64,000 nucleotides of DNA, taken from Paramoeba atlantica (taxonomy: Eukaryota > Protista > Discosea). A model generated the notes under the pieces. That model did not search any database, was not told the origin of the DNA, and worked only from the letters and a program-made list of their open reading frames with translations. The DNA lies in assembly GCA_977017575.1 (NCBI GenBank), contig CDRNVI010000018.1, positions 248,001 through 312,000 on the forward strand, in the 5' to 3' direction. The position numbers were made by a program, and so were the translations under genes. Of this stretch, positions 19,976-33,000 are shown piece by piece; position 1 is the stretch's first letter; each line of letters begins with the position of its first letter.

Positions 19976-22900
19976 ATGTCCGAAGCCATATTCAATTCTG
20001 AAAAAGCATCGGAACACCATGACATTGCACCGACCCCCCTAGCGCTCGATACGCCATCTGATTCCTCGACTTCCGAGAGTTCAACAAACGGCAGCACGGA
20101 AATTGCGAATGGAAAGGATGATAGCAATGATACGGGGCAGACGGAAAGCCCAGGGCGTGAAAGAGGGGAGGTGTCTTTCTTTGAGTGCGAGGATACGGCC
20201 GGGAACATGAGCGAGGATATGACAGAGAACATGGGCGGAGACGCACAAAACGCTCATCGTATTGCGGAACGCAGCGCCGTTCTGTTCGTAGGCAGCGGCG
20301 TCGAACAAGCACGGGACAGAGCTCTAAATCTCATGCAAAACACGAAGCTCATATCCCAGTTCCCTTTGCCCCCTGAAGAGATATGGCTAAAGTCGAACAT
20401 GGTGAAAAAGGGAACTGCATGTACGGTAGCGTGGACTTGGGACCGACAAGTAACGCTCAACGTGTCTCTTGGGAAGGTAACTAAAACTTATAAGCGCGGA
20501 GGGAAAGGGAAGCTGAACATAACCTACAATGGCTTACACGGACACAAAACAGGAGAGGAGTTCAGCGGATCCCTGCCACCGCAAGAAAACGTTCGCGTGT
20601 ACCAAGTTTTGTGGCATTGCGCACCACCTCCTATCGACTATGCTTCACCAGAAAATGCAACTCAAGAGTGTATTTCAATGGGAGAAGCCACACGTGCACC
20701 GGAAGAGGACGTCGATCACCTACCGATACCAACCGCCCGAAACTTCTCACCAGACTTCATTCCATGCGTGCTCGCCACCTATCGTGACATAATTAGTACA
20801 TATGGGAAAAGCGATTATCCTGTGAGGAACAAGATTTGGAATCAAATGATGTCTGCGATGAAATTGTCCCTTGCAACTGTAAGACTTGCGAATGGGAGAC
20901 GACGAAGGAGAACGCCCATAAATTCACAAAAAGCCGAAGGAGAGGACAGAACGGATGCAGACCTTGATAGCTCGATGGGCGACAGACGAGCGATCAAAAA
21001 GGCGATACGGCTAGTCCTGGAAGGGTGTACTTCCAAAGCGACTAAGGTGCTTGATCAACCCTTTCGACGACTAGAGCTTTCTGACGAACAAGTGTTGGAA
21101 AAGTTGCAGGCACTGCACCCGAAAAACGAATATAAAATTCATCTTCCGGAAGCAGCCCCAATAATCGCTGGTATCTCGGTGGAGGAGCTGAGGGCAGCTG
21201 GGCGACGGCTCAGCAAAGGCGTGAGCCCAGGTCCCACGAGAACGACGGATAGCGTTCTTCGACTTCTTCTCGACGATGAAGTGTGTTGCTTGAACCTTTG
21301 CCACATGATCGCCGACTTAATAAACGGTTTTGTATCTCGTGAAGTACTACAACGCCTAAACAGGGCCCGACTAATTGCCATACCAAAAGCGGACGGGGGA
21401 GTTCGTCCAGTTGCGATGGGCGAAGTGTTTGGAAAGCTAGCCGGCATAGTCTTGTTCCAAAGGTACGAAAACGCGCTTGAGCCGCTATTCGCCCCTATGC
21501 AACAAGGTATTATGGCAAAGGCAGGTTGCGAAAAAATTGTCCACACGCTGCATGAACGATACTGCGAAGGTCAGTCGATCCTCTCGGTTGATCTAAAAAA
21601 TGCTTTCAACTCACCGTCACGGGCCGACATCGCGAAACATGTATTTGGACTCTCAACTCTTCAGCCCTTTCAACGTTTCTTCCTAGCCGAATATGCTGAA
21701 GCCTCTGAATTGCTGTTTTATGGAAGTGAGGGCACGCTCGCAGGAAAAGTTCTTAGCGAAGCCGGAGTACGACAAGGTTCGCCACTTTCGACGCTGTATT
21801 TTTGTGCATATCTCCAACCGATCCTCGAAACCCTGGCAGCTGAACATCCAGAGATCGAAATCCATGCATACATAGACGACATCAATCTCACGTCACATAC
21901 GCCTTCCGAGATAGCAAAAGCGTTTGAACGCCTGAAAGCATTACTGGCAGAGAGCAGCATTGAGCTCTCCGCTCAGAAATGTGTATGGTTCGGCGGACTG
22001 CAAGGTACAGAGATGCCAACGAGCTTGAAGGAAGTCGGGGTCCGGAATGAAGAAGATGCTACCAAAATTCTTGGAGCGTTTATAGGGAAGGAGGAAACGA
22101 TAAGTGAGAAGTTACTACAGCGAGTCGACAAACACAAGGACATATTCAGACGACTGAAATCGATGGGCATGAGCAACGCATCGCTTATAATCCTGTCGAA
22201 GTGTGTCAATGTACGACAGCAATTTCACATGAGAGTGCACAGCCCAGCGGCCACCGAAAAATGCGCACAGCTCTTCGACAATCAAGTGGAAGAAGTCCTA
22301 GAAACCTGGTTGGGTAAATTGCAAAAACAACAGATGGACATCGCACGTCTACCAATTAAGAAGGGAGGGTTGGATCTCACGTCATGCTACCACACGCGAG
22401 AAGCAGCATACAATGCGTCCAGACACGCGGCTCTGAAGCAAAGAAAATCCTTTTCAGCTCGAGCCACGTCAACGGAAGCCAGGTGCACCGACAGCGTAAA
22501 TTCAGTTCAGAAAAATACGTCACCCCCCCCTACAGACGAACTCGCCACAGCTGCGAAACTCCACGAACATGCCTGGAACAAACTCTTTAACGATCCAGAA
22601 ATAGCACCAATCCTGAGGGCCACTACCACCAAAGGGAGTTACGACTGGCTTATGTCACATACGAGATATATTCCACCCCACGTTTTTGAATTAGCCATAA
22701 TGCCGAGATTGGGGATAGAACATCCGCGCCTGCCGAAAAGCTTGCTATGCCCAGGATGCCGTTCCATACTCGACAACAGATCAGCTCTCACTCACATCAG
22801 TGGATGTGCGCAATGCTCTGGTATCAATGCCTCCGTGAAGCACAACATGCTGGTGAAATTCTTGCACGACCTTTGCATGCGCGCAGGGATACCATGTGAG

Positions 22901-23371
22901 AGTGAACCTCGAGCATTCAGTAACTGGACGTGCACTACGTGTAGAAATGTGGTAAGCCGAGAAAGCCAACCTACGCACAGCAAAATATGTACAGGACGGC
23001 ACCTTCATCGATCTGGGCCAGACCTTGTGATATACTGGGACACAGGAGCTATATTTTATGATCTTACCGTCGTGCACGAGATGACACCTTCCCACATAAA
23101 TAAGAAAAGCTCTCAATTGATCCGTGACGTCATTCATCGCAAAATGGAAACTTACGTCGCAACGGGAATGATCGCCCAAGAATCGTTCCAATGCATTCCG
23201 ATTCTGTCCTCCGGATCACTACACGCGAACACACGCAATCTGATCAGAGCCTTGGCAGACGCTTGTCTTCTGAACGCCCGCGAGACGGAACTCTCGTTCA
23301 AGCTACTGTTGCAAAACTTCAACGGCCTCGTGGTATACTCCCAACTTCGGGAGCACCTCGAAGACAAGTAA
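19976..23371 (+). CDS. RT + CCHC + RLE polyprotein (family C)
   Basis: VRPVAMGE, VDLKNAFN, GVRQGSP, YIDD, CPGC..HISGC, RSGPDL..YDLTV. Carries GPT(R) and GGL(D)L substitutions at otherwise conserved Gly. Confidence 0.85.
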   Translation: MSEAIFNSEKASEHHDIAPTPLALDTPSDSSTSESSTNGSTEIANGKDDSNDTGQTESPGRERGEVSFFECEDTAGNMSEDMTENMGGDAQNAHRIAERSAVLFVGSGVEQARDRALNLMQNTKLISQFPLPPEEIWLKSNMVKKGTACTVAWTWDRQVTLNVSLGKVTKTYKRGGKGKLNITYNGLHGHKTGEEFSGSLPPQENVRVYQVLWHCAPPPIDYASPENATQECISMGEATRAPEEDVDHLPIPTARNFSPDFIPCVLATYRDIISTYGKSDYPVRNKIWNQMMSAMKLSLATVRLANGRRRRRTPINSQKAEGEDRTDADLDSSMGDRRAIKKAIRLVLEGCTSKATKVLDQPFRRLELSDEQVLEKLQALHPKNEYKIHLPEAAPIIAGISVEELRAAGRRLSKGVSPGPTRTTDSVLRLLLDDEVCCLNLCHMIADLINGFVSREVLQRLNRARLIAIPKADGGVRPVAMGEVFGKLAGIVLFQRYENALEPLFAPMQQGIMAKAGCEKIVHTLHERYCEGQSILSVDLKNAFNSPSRADIAKHVFGLSTLQPFQRFFLAEYAEASELLFYGSEGTLAGKVLSEAGVRQGSPLSTLYFCAYLQPILETLAAEHPEIEIHAYIDDINLTSHTPSEIAKAFERLKALLAESSIELSAQKCVWFGGLQGTEMPTSLKEVGVRNEEDATKILGAFIGKEETISEKLLQRVDKHKDIFRRLKSMGMSNASLIILSKCVNVRQQFHMRVHSPAATEKCAQLFDNQVEEVLETWLGKLQKQQMDIARLPIKKGGLDLTSCYHTREAAYNASRHAALKQRKSFSARATSTEARCTDSVNSVQKNTSPPPTDELATAAKLHEHAWNKLFNDPEIAPILRATTTKGSYDWLMSHTRYIPPHVFELAIMPRLGIEHPRLPKSLLCPGCRSILDNRSALTHISGCAQCSGINASVKHNMLVKFLHDLCMRAGIPCESEPRAFSNWTCTTCRNVVSRESQPTHSKICTGRHLHRSGPDLVIYWDTGAIFYDLTVVHEMTPSHINKKSSQLIRDVIHRKMETYVATGMIAQESFQCIPILSSGSLHANTRNLIRALADACLLNARETELSFKLLLQNFNGLVVYSQLREHLEDK

Positions 23372-23590
23372 TAGATTTTAGAAATATTCTATAATGGTGA
23401 AATAGCTGAGAGATAATATCCGTTGACATCTAAATATTATATATTTTCTATTTTATACGGAGATAGTTTCTCTTCGAAAATTGAGAGAAGGGGGGAAGGA
23501 GCACATTTCTCATTTTCCTACGTGGCTTCCTGCTGTAGGGAGCTTATAGGATTTCACAGGAGGCTCTTATGGATGCTCTCAAAAAAAAAA

Positions 23591-23622
23591 AAACGATAAA
23601 GATACAGTTTCTGTACCTTGTT
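23591..23622 (+). other. Spliced-leader relic (SL nt 8-39), merged with upstream poly(A)
   Basis: Direct match. Confidence 0.85.
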
Positions 23623-23669
23623 GAATTATTTTCCTTATTTCACTTTTCTCCAGGTACGCGGTTCCTTCT

Positions 23670-26600
23670 ATGACCAGCCAGAAAAACCTGGGTCTCGCGT
23701 TGTCACACGACGAACGTTTCGATGAAGAAGCGCTACCCATGGAAGATGACTCCTTTGCCCAGGAAGAGAAATCTCATAACGCTGGAGACTGGGACCAATT
23801 CGCGGGGAACGCGCACTTGATTTCTGGCAGAAGCACGTATAATGAACTCCTTTACACCACCCCTATTCCCGTGAATGTGCCCGAATACTGGACAAGACGA
23901 GCTATCATGATAGACGGAGAGAAACCCACGCCAGACACGGGGAAGGAAACAGACAATGAGGAGACAAATCACTCCCTCGTCATACGAACAAACATGACAC
24001 AGCCTCAAGCGAATCCTGACACCAACGCTTCACCTGCAACCAAGACTCCGAAACGCAAAACACCGAATTCCACTCCACAATACACCATACAACGTGAATG
24101 CCCAGCGGCAGGTTGCACCTGGAAGACTCCCCCACACGGAGGGCAATGGCAAGCGTTCTACAATCATGTAGCTCACCGACATGGTAAAAACATTTCGACT
24201 GATTGGTGGGAAAAGGAAGGTAGATTCCTTTGCAAGGATTGCATCCGACATTACGACAAAAGCAAACAGATCTCTCACCTTAAGCACTGTAAAGGACGAA
24301 ACCAACCCGTTCGATCACTAACGCCGCCCATACTGACGTCTTTTTCGGAGAAAATAAATGAAGAGCATCCAGCTGATCCACTTCCACTTCTTAGCTCAGT
24401 TTGTTCACTTCTTTAAGCACCTGTAAGGACGTCCCCCATTGCTGCAGATTCTTGTGGGCCAGAATTTTGAGTGAAGCATTAACATCCGCTGTCAAAGAAA
24501 ACACAGTGCAGGCCTGGACCCTCCTCGCGATGCTTCCGAAGTGCGTTCTCCCGGCCCCTTACCGTGGCGGTCGTAAAGGGCACACATCGTACTCCACATA
24601 CGTGGAAAAACGCATGGAGCTCTGGCTCGGTGGAGACTACCTTCTCCTCTGGGACCAAGCCCTGAAGGATGGCGAGAGAAAACGCTCGAAGTCCAGGAAC
24701 CCAGAAAGTGACGAAGATAGAGCGGCAATAAGAGCAGAGCTCTTGGTGCGCCAGGGGGAATTCTCTAGAGGAATGGCCGCCCTATCTGCAGCTCCCATGG
24801 CCCCGGACAACGAGGAGACCCTTGCCAAGCTGTTGGAAAAACACCCAGAGCCCCACGAAAATCCCCTCGAGGAAGATCTACCGCCGATTAAGGGTGCCCC
24901 TCTACAGTTGCAAGAAGCAGAGGTCAGGAATGCGGTTCAAAGCTTTCACAGGGGGTCTTCCGCCGGTACAATGGGCCTCCGTCCTGAGCATCTCCAGTCG
25001 GCTATTTTGGAACACGAGGACAAAAACGTAAGTCCTCTCTCAGCTCTCACACGCCTCGTGAACCACTTACTCGAGGGAAAGGCGCCGCCTGAAGTTCAGC
25101 AGTCCTATGCAGGAGCTAGACTTTGCGCTCTGGAGAAAGGCGAAGACGACGTACGGCCCATTGCGGCGGGCGAAACCCTAAGGCGCCTAGTAAGCAAGGC
25201 AGCATGCCTCGCCGTAAAGGAGAAGGCGGGAACGTTATTCCGTGGACGCCAATACGGTGTTGCCGCATCTGCGGGGTCCGAACGAGTGATTCATCTCTGT
25301 CGGAAAACTATGCTCAACAACATGGGGAGCGACAAGCTGGTTTTCTGCAAGGTTGATCTGCGAAACGCTTTTAACAACGTCAGCAGACCCGTCTTCGCTC
25401 TTCTCACGCGCCTACATTTTCCGGAACTTTCGCCCTGGGTAGAATGGTGCTACTCAAGTCCGAGTTGCCTCACGTATGGAAACAATTTCATCCCTTCAGC
25501 CGAAGGCGTGCAACAAGGTGATCCTTTAGGCCCACTTTTATTCTCTCTAGTGCTTTCTGAGGTGACGGAAGAGATAGCATCCCGATCAAACCTTGACTCG
25601 CAACTGTGGTACCTCGACGATGGGGTTCTTATGGGAGAGGCTGTGGAGGTCAGAAAGGCGGTGGACGTTTTTTCGGAAGTTGGCCCCCGGTGCGGACTTT
25701 TCTTGAATCCTGCGAAAAGTGAAATCATAACGCCACCTGCCTCGGCTCATCTCACAACGCTTTTTCCCGAGATCCCAAAGGCGAAAATCCGGCACGACGG
25801 GAACTTCGATATCCTTGGGAGCCCGATCGGGTCGGACGAGCACTGCGCGGAGTTCCTGATGCAGCACGCCATCGACCCAGCACGTGAGACCCTAGCCGCC
25901 ATAGGTTTAATAGGAGACCCCCAAGTGGCCAGTGCTCTAATCCGTCAATGCACGGGGTTCTGTCAGATGGTATACGCCCTCCGAACTACACCCCCACAGG
26001 CCCTTACCCATCTTTGCTTTTTACTAGACGACTCTGTCATGACGGCTGTAGAGTGGGCACTTTTTCCCCTGGACCCCCCCGCACGTGATCAAATACTGCG
26101 CAGGAAGCGCCACGGAGGCTTCGGTCTCAGATCGTCGACACTGCACGCAACGGCGGCATACGTTTCATCTGTCGCTCATGCCGCCGACATGGACGACTGG
26201 GACCCCTTGGAAGCTCAAGGATTTACTACCTCCGTGCAAGACGTAAACGATAAAGCAGGCGCAGCGCTTGTGGACCCATGCACAGGACGCACTCCCAAAC
26301 AAAACAATCCTCGCACAGATTCTGATCTGCGTCATAGCTTGTCCTCGCAAACAAAACGCCCTCGGCGGACGCAGAATAAAAAGGGATCAGAGAAGACGGC
26401 CGAACCGGAGATGATTATCCCTAGACAGCAACAGCTCAGCCAAGTCATTTCCCAGCAAGAATTTAACACTGCATACGAGAAGGCTGACCCCCGCACACGT
26501 GCAAGATGGATATCAGAGTCCGGAAAAGGTGCCGGGAGCTGGGCTTTCGTGACTCCGTCGCGGACCAAGGGATACGCTTTCACTCCCACAGAGTTCCGTA

Positions 26601-27271
26601 CCTTATCCCGCTGGTGGTTGGGCATGGATGTCTATCCAGAGGATCGACCTTGTCCAGCAAAAGGATGTGACTTACCACTCCTAAAAAATGGGGAACACGC
26701 TCTGATGTGTAAGAACGGGCACGGCCTCATCACCCGCCACAATGCGGTCTGCCAACAGTTCACCTCCTTCTGCAGCAAGGCCAATATGGCTCCGCAAAGG
26801 GAAAAAAGTCTCGGAAATCGGGGACCTGGAGGAGGTCTCACCAGACCAGGCGATGTTTTTCTTCCCAACTATGAACTGGGAAGTGGCATGGTTCTAGACT
26901 TCGCAGTCACCCACGCACAGCAATTGAAGTATTTGGACTCAGTCCGTAATGCTAGCTGGGTGGCTGCGGGGTCTTTTGCTGAACACTTCTCTGAAACGAA
27001 AGGGAAGCAGCGCCAGGAAGCGGAAGCAGCTCAGTTACTGTTCACAGCGATGATTGTTGAGTCCTTCGGCTCATGGAGCAGAAGTGCCTTGACGGTCCTG
27101 TGGAAGGTGGGAGCGTTACGTGCCAACGCGTCGAACGGTCTTTTAACAGACACTCAGGCACGAAACATCCTTTTGAAAGAGCTTAATGTCACGTTGATGC
27201 GTTCCCAGGCTCGGATGATGGTCTCCAGGATAGTTGTCAGTGACCCTAACGCCCCCCTTGAAGGCGCTTAG
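23670..27271 (+). pseudogene. Zinc-finger + RT + RLE polyprotein with one frameshift near 24410
   Basis: CPAAGC..HVAHRH and CKDC..H..HC fingers; GVQQGDPLGP, YLDD; RHNAV..RPGDV..LDFAVTH. The same region is continuous in 43926..45131. Confidence 0.85.
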
Positions 27272-27317
27272 GGGCATGGCGAAGACGCCATGCGCAGGGC
27301 CACATACCTCTGGCCCG

Positions 27318-27554
27318 GATGCTGGTCGAGTCGACAGAGTCTATGCTCACGCCTAGTCCGTCAGGGCTAGGTACCCCAAGTGAGGTAGTACACGGGTAGT
27401 GAATCTCCTCCCCGTCGGCCAGCATCCTGTTTCGCGACCGTGTCGCTGTCGACACAGGCCCGCGCCTGCGCCCTCCCGTATAACAAGGGAAGGGTCCACA
27501 AGTCAGGCCGTGGAGAGGTCGAAAGACCCGGTCCGGAACGCGCGAATGGATTGG
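27318..27554 (+). ncRNA. Candidate structured 3'-UTR RNA, family D copy 2
   Basis: Covaries with 18080-18340. Confidence 0.6.
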
Positions 27555-29449
27555 GCATGGATTGCTTGTTTTAATTTTTACTGTTTCTTGTTTGTAGTAT
27601 ATACTTAGGGGAGATTGAATTGCTAGTTTTGGGCTGAGAAAAAAGAAAAAGAAAATATACTTCTGTGGAAATAAAAAGAATTGCTAATTTGATTGCTTGT
27701 TTTAAATTCATATACCCCCCTAATGGACCTACTATGTACTTGGTTCGTCTACTGGGTCAAAATATAGAGGCAATGCCGCGATTCATACTTCTCCCCCCCT
27801 TATTAATTGCAAAAAAAAAAAAATTATATGCAAAAAAAAATAAAAAAAAAAAGCTTTGAACGTGAGGCAAATGAACACAAACTCGGGTCATGGGCCTTGT
27901 TGTTTTTGTAAAAAAATGTTGTTTTATTTTACTACTTTCTACACTTGATGGGCGTGTTTACGCGCGCCAAGGCGAAAGAAGCAGGTGTAGCACCTGTGAT
28001 TTTGCCTCTGCCGGAGACAAAGCGCAAGAAAAAACATCCTCTGCCGCTGCCCGCGACGCCATCTCCTGCGGCTGCGCCCCCAGCCGCGCCGCATTCTCCG
28101 CCCGCCGCGTCTCCCCCTCCCGCCGCGCTTCCGTCTCCTCCCCCCGTCACGCTGCCTTCGCCTCCCGCCGCGCTGCCTTTTCATCCCACCGAGCCGCCTT
28201 CTCCTAAGTCCTTTGATCGTTCTCTGCGCTCTCCTCCCACCGTGGAGCCGCCATTTCCTCACGATGGGTCACCTTCCCCTCCCCCCGCGGCACATCACGT
28301 TGTGCGATCGATCGGCACACCCTCGTCAGAAGAACCCTCGATCCGGACCCGAGATGCCCCATCCGGACCCCAGGTGCCCCCTCCGTCGCCGTTAGCACAG
28401 CTACCAACGCCCCTTCATCCGCCACAGAACCCAAAGAAGAAAGTTTTCATCTTCCCGTAATACAGCCCACCCTCGTCACCGCATCCTCCAGCGCCGCAGT
28501 CAATGCCAGTATCACCGAGTAAATCTCGCACGCGACGAGTCAAGATCATTGGACCCTCATGTGACATTTCAGCGACGGACTTCCACCGAATGCGCAAAGT
28601 GCAAGACGATCGTAGCAAACAAAGATCACCCCCCAAAGCACCAGTACTAAAACAGCATCTGCCGATTCCGAACAGTAAGACACGCAAGGATATAAATGAG
28701 CCAGAAGCGTGGAGCAGTAGATTAAGGAAAACGTGTGTCACGGCGGCGAATGCCATCTCAACAGCGACGAATGTCATGTCCGAAGCCATATTCAATTCTG
28801 AAAAAGCATCGGAACACCATGACATTGCACCGACCCCCCTAGCGTTCGATACGCCATCTGATTCCTCGACTTCCGAGAGTTCAACAAACGGCAGCACGGA
28901 AATTGCGAATGGAAAGGATGGCTCCACGGGCACTTCCGTGAGTTTTTGAGACACTTCGATGATTTCTCACCGAAGTGCCTACGTGTCACAGGGTGACTCA
29001 TCGAAACGTCAATCTTCTCATCGGAGGTGATTTTAATTGCTTTGGAAAGAAAAAAATCGAGAACATGAAAATAAGAAAGCGGCGACACTGAGAATCTGTG
29101 TCTGCCACTTCCGCAGGTTTGTGTATTTGTTTTCCTATACTACGACACCTAGTTTACGTGTCTGGAGGCAAGGCCCAACTTTGAGAGAAGCCCACTTCTG
29201 GAGGCAAAAGCCCCCGTTTGCGAGCAAGGCCCAACTGTGAGCGTAGCCCTGGGACAGAATTATATTTTTTGGCGACCCGCGCGCTCCATGCGGAGGTGGT
29301 GGATATTAGCACGGCGGGCGGATGAGTTGGCATCACGGCCTTCTTTTTCCATCGGGCACGAGGGAGCGGCAAAATCTCAGGAGCTACTCCTGATTCTTTT
29401 GCTTTGGAGCGTGTGAACACTCCCATGAAAGGTAAAAAAAGTAAATAAT

Positions 29450-29488
29450 CAACAAGGTACAGAAACTGTATCTTTATCGTTAAAGATT
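29450..29488 (-). other. Complete 39-nt spliced-leader-like sequence heading a CRE 5' fragment
   Basis: Exact reverse complement; followed by ATG at 29426 (MGVFTRSKAKESGVAPEILPLP). Confidence 0.85.
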
Positions 29489-29511
29489 ATTGTACGTGTG
29501 CTTCTCTCTAG

Positions 29512-29623
29512 ATTCGTGGGAAGCAATTTGCGAAGCCCAACTACCTTGATAACAAATTTTAGTACCCATTCGTGGGAAGCAATTTGCGAAGCCCAACTAC
29601 CTTGATAACAAATTTTAGTACCC
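29512..29623. repeat. Two tandem 56-bp repeats (third partial copy near 29741)
   Basis: ATTCGTGGGAAGCAATTTGCGAAGCCC...GTACCC twice. Confidence 0.85.
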
Positions 29624-30046
29624 ATTTTGGCCGCGCGGGGGCCCCCGCGTGAGCGGGGGTGCGCGCGGCCGCGAAACGGCGAGGGCCCGCGTGAGCGGGC
29701 CTGAGCCGTACCCCGCGTAGGATTCCCCTGTGCGTCGTTAGTGGGAAGCAATTTGCGAAGCTCACTGAATTTCGTAGTTTTCGCTACGCAGGCGTTGTCA
29801 ACGTATATAGTGAAGTGTAGGATACTGAACGCACGGAAAATGAAAATCGCGCTGGCGCGCGGGTCGCGCACTGAGAACCATATGTCTGCCACTTCCGCAG
29901 GATTGTGTATTTGTTTTTTAGTCGAAAATGCAGCTACCACCTCAAAAGTAATTAAAATCACCTTCGATGAGTTTCTTTCGTTTCGATGATTTTCGTTTTG
30001 ACACGTGGGCGTTTCGATGAGTACTCACGGAAGTGTCCTCGTACCC

Positions 30047-33000
30047 GAAAGGATGATAGCAATGATACGGGGCAGACGGAAAGCCCAGGGCGTGAAAGAG
30101 GGGAGGTGTCTTTCTTTGAGTGCGAGGATACGGCCGGGAACATGAGCGAGGATATGACAGAGAACATGGGCGGAGACGCACAAAACGCTCATCGTATTGC
30201 GGAACGCAGCGCCGTTCTGTTCGTAGGCAGCGGCGTCGAACAAGCACGGGACAGAGCTCTAAATCTCATGCAAAACACGAAGCTCATATCCCAGTTCCCT
30301 TTGCCCCCTGAAGAGATATGGCTAAAGTCGAACATGGTGAAAAAGGGAACTGCATGTACGGTAGCGTGGACTTGGGACCGACAAGTAACGCTCAACGTGT
30401 CTCTTGGGAAGGTAACTAAAACTTATAAGCGCGGAGGGAAAGGGAAGCTGAACATAACCTACAATGGCTTACACGGACACAAAACAGGAGAGGAGTTCAG
30501 CGGATCCCTGCCACCGCAAGAAAACGTTCGCGTGTACCAAGTTTTGTGGCATTGCGCACCACCTCCTATCGACTATGCTTCACCAGAAAATGCAACTCAA
30601 GAGTGTATTTCAATGGGAGAAGCCACACGTGCACCGGAAGAGGACGTCGATCACCTACCGATACCAACCGCCCGAAACTTCTCACCAGACTTCATTCCAT
30701 GCGTGCTCGCCACCTATCGTGACATAATTAGTACATATGGGAAAAGCGATTATCCTGTGAGGAACAAGATTTGGAATCAAATGATGTCTGCGATGAAATT
30801 GTCCTTTGCAACTGTAAGACTTGCGAATGGGAGACGACGAAGGAGAACGCCCATAAATTCACAAAAAGCCGAAGGAGAGGACAGAACGGATGCAGACCTT
30901 GATAGCTCGACGGGCGACAGACGAGCGATCAAAAAGGCGATACGGCTAGTCCTGGAAGGGTGTACTTCCAAAGCGACTAAGGTGCTTGATCAACCCTTTC
31001 GACGACTAGAGCTTTCTGACGAACAAGTGTTGGAAAAGTTGCAGGCACTGCACCCGAAAAACGAATATAAAATTCATCTTCCGGAAGCAGCCCCAATAAT
31101 CGCTGGTATCTCGGTGGAGGAGCTGAGGGCAGCTGGGCGACGGCTCAGCAAAGGCGTGAGCCCAGGTCCCACGGGAACGACGGATAGCGTTCTTCGACTT
31201 CTTCTCGACGATGAAGTGTGTTGCTTGAACCTTTTCCACATGATCGCCGACTTAATAAACGGTTTTGTATCTCGTGAAGTACTACAACGCCTAAACAGGG
31301 CCCGGCTAATTGCCATACCAAAAGCGGACGGGGGAGTTCGTCCAGTTGCGATGGGCGAAGTGTTTGGAAAGCTAGCCGGCATAGTCTTGTTCCAAAGGTA
31401 CGAAAACGCGCTTGAGCCGCTATTCGCCCCTATGCAACAAGGTATTATGGCAAAGGCAGGTTGCGAAAAAATTGTCCACACGCTGCATGAACGATACTGC
31501 GAAGGTCAGTCGATCCTCTCGGTTGATCTAAAAAATGCTTTCAACTCACCGTCACGGGCCGACATCGCGAAACATGTATTTGGACTCTCAACTCTTCAGC
31601 CCTTTCAACGTTTCTTCCTAGCCGAGTATGCTGAAGCCTCTGAATTGCTGTTTTATGGAAGTGAGGGCACGCTCGCAGGAAAAGTTCTTAGCGAAGCCGG
31701 AGTACGACAAGGTTCGCCACTTTCGACGCTGTATTTTTGTGCATATCTCCAACCGATCCTCGAAACCCTGGCAGCTGAACATCCAGAGATCGAAATCCAT
31801 GCATACATAGACGACATCAATCTCACGTCACATACGCCTTCCGAGATAGCAAAAGCGTTTGAACGCCTGAAAGCATTACTGGCAGAGAGCAGCATTGAGC
31901 TCTCCGCTCAGAAATGTGTATGGTTCGGCGGACTGCAAGGTACAGAGATGCCAACGAGCTTGAAGGAAGTGGGGGTCCGGAATGAAGAAGATGCGACCAA
32001 AATTCTTGGAGCGTTTATAGGGAAGGAGGAAACGATAAGTGAGAAGTTACTACAGCGAGTCGACAAACACAAGGACATATTCAGACGACTGAAATCGATG
32101 GGCATGAGCAACGCATCGCTTATAATCCTGTCGAAGTGTGTCAATGTACGACAGCAATTTCACATGAGAGTGCACAGCCCAGCGGCCACCGAAAAATGCG
32201 CACAGCTCTTCGACAATCAAGTGGAAGAAGTCCTAGAAACCTGGTTGGGTAAATTGCAAAAACAACAGATGGACATCGCACGTCTACCAATTAAGAAGGG
32301 AGGGTTGGGTCTCACGTCATGCTACCACACGCGAGAAGCAGCATACAATGCGTCCAGACACGCGGCTCTGAAGCAAAGAAAATCCTTTTCAGCTCGAGCC
32401 ACGTCAACGGAAGCCAGGTGCACCGACAGCGTAAATTCAGTTCAGAAAAATACGTCACCCCCCCCTACAGACGAACTCGCCACAGCTGCGAAACTCCACG
32501 AACATGCCTGGAACAAACTCTTTAACGATCCAGAAATAGCACCAATCCTGAGGGCCACTACCACCAAAGGGAGTTACGACTGGCTTATGTCACATACGAG
32601 ATATATTCCACCCCACGTTTTTGAATTAGCCATAATGCCGAGATTGGGGATAGAACATCCGCGCCTGCCGAAAAGCTTGCTATGCCCAGGATGCCGTTCC
32701 ATACTCGACAACAGATCAGCTCTCACTCACATCAGTGGATGTGCGCAATGCTCTGGTATCAATGCCTCCGTGAAGCACAACATGCTGGTGAAATTCTTGC
32801 ACGACCTTTGCATGCGCGCAGGGATACCATGTGAGAGTGAACCTCGAGCATTCAGTAACTGGACGTGCACTACGTGTAGAAATGTGGTAAGCCGAGAAAG
32901 CCAACCTACGCACAGCAAAATATGTACAGGACGGCACCTTCATCGATCTGGGCCAGACCTTGTGATATACTGGGACACAGGAGCTATATTTTATGATCTT

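Larger units (their letters stand above)
19379..23592 (+). mobile_element. CRE family C, copy 1 (chimeric 5' end)
   Basis: Body near-identical to 28770-28920 + 30047-33489; A12 tail at 23581-23592. Confidence 0.85.
23591..27702 (+). mobile_element. CRE family D, copy 2, full length
   Basis: SL, ATG 23670, two N-terminal zinc fingers, RT, RLE; 3' motif AATTGCTAATTTGATTGCTTGTT shared with 18551-18573. Confidence 0.85.
28921..30046. mobile_element. Non-autonomous TIR element (Mutator-like), 1126 bp
   Basis: Perfect 9-bp TSD GAAAGGATG (28912-28920 / 30047-30055). Imperfect TIRs of about 100-120 bp: CACTTCCGTGAGT 28931-28943 / 30023-30035 and GGTGATTTTAATT 29026-29038 / 29950-29962. Confidence 0.75.

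Noticed and set aside
27810-27851. A-rich tract as a retroelement tail with TSD
   Set aside because: No flanking duplication was found; it may be the distal end of family D copy 2 or low-complexity sequence.
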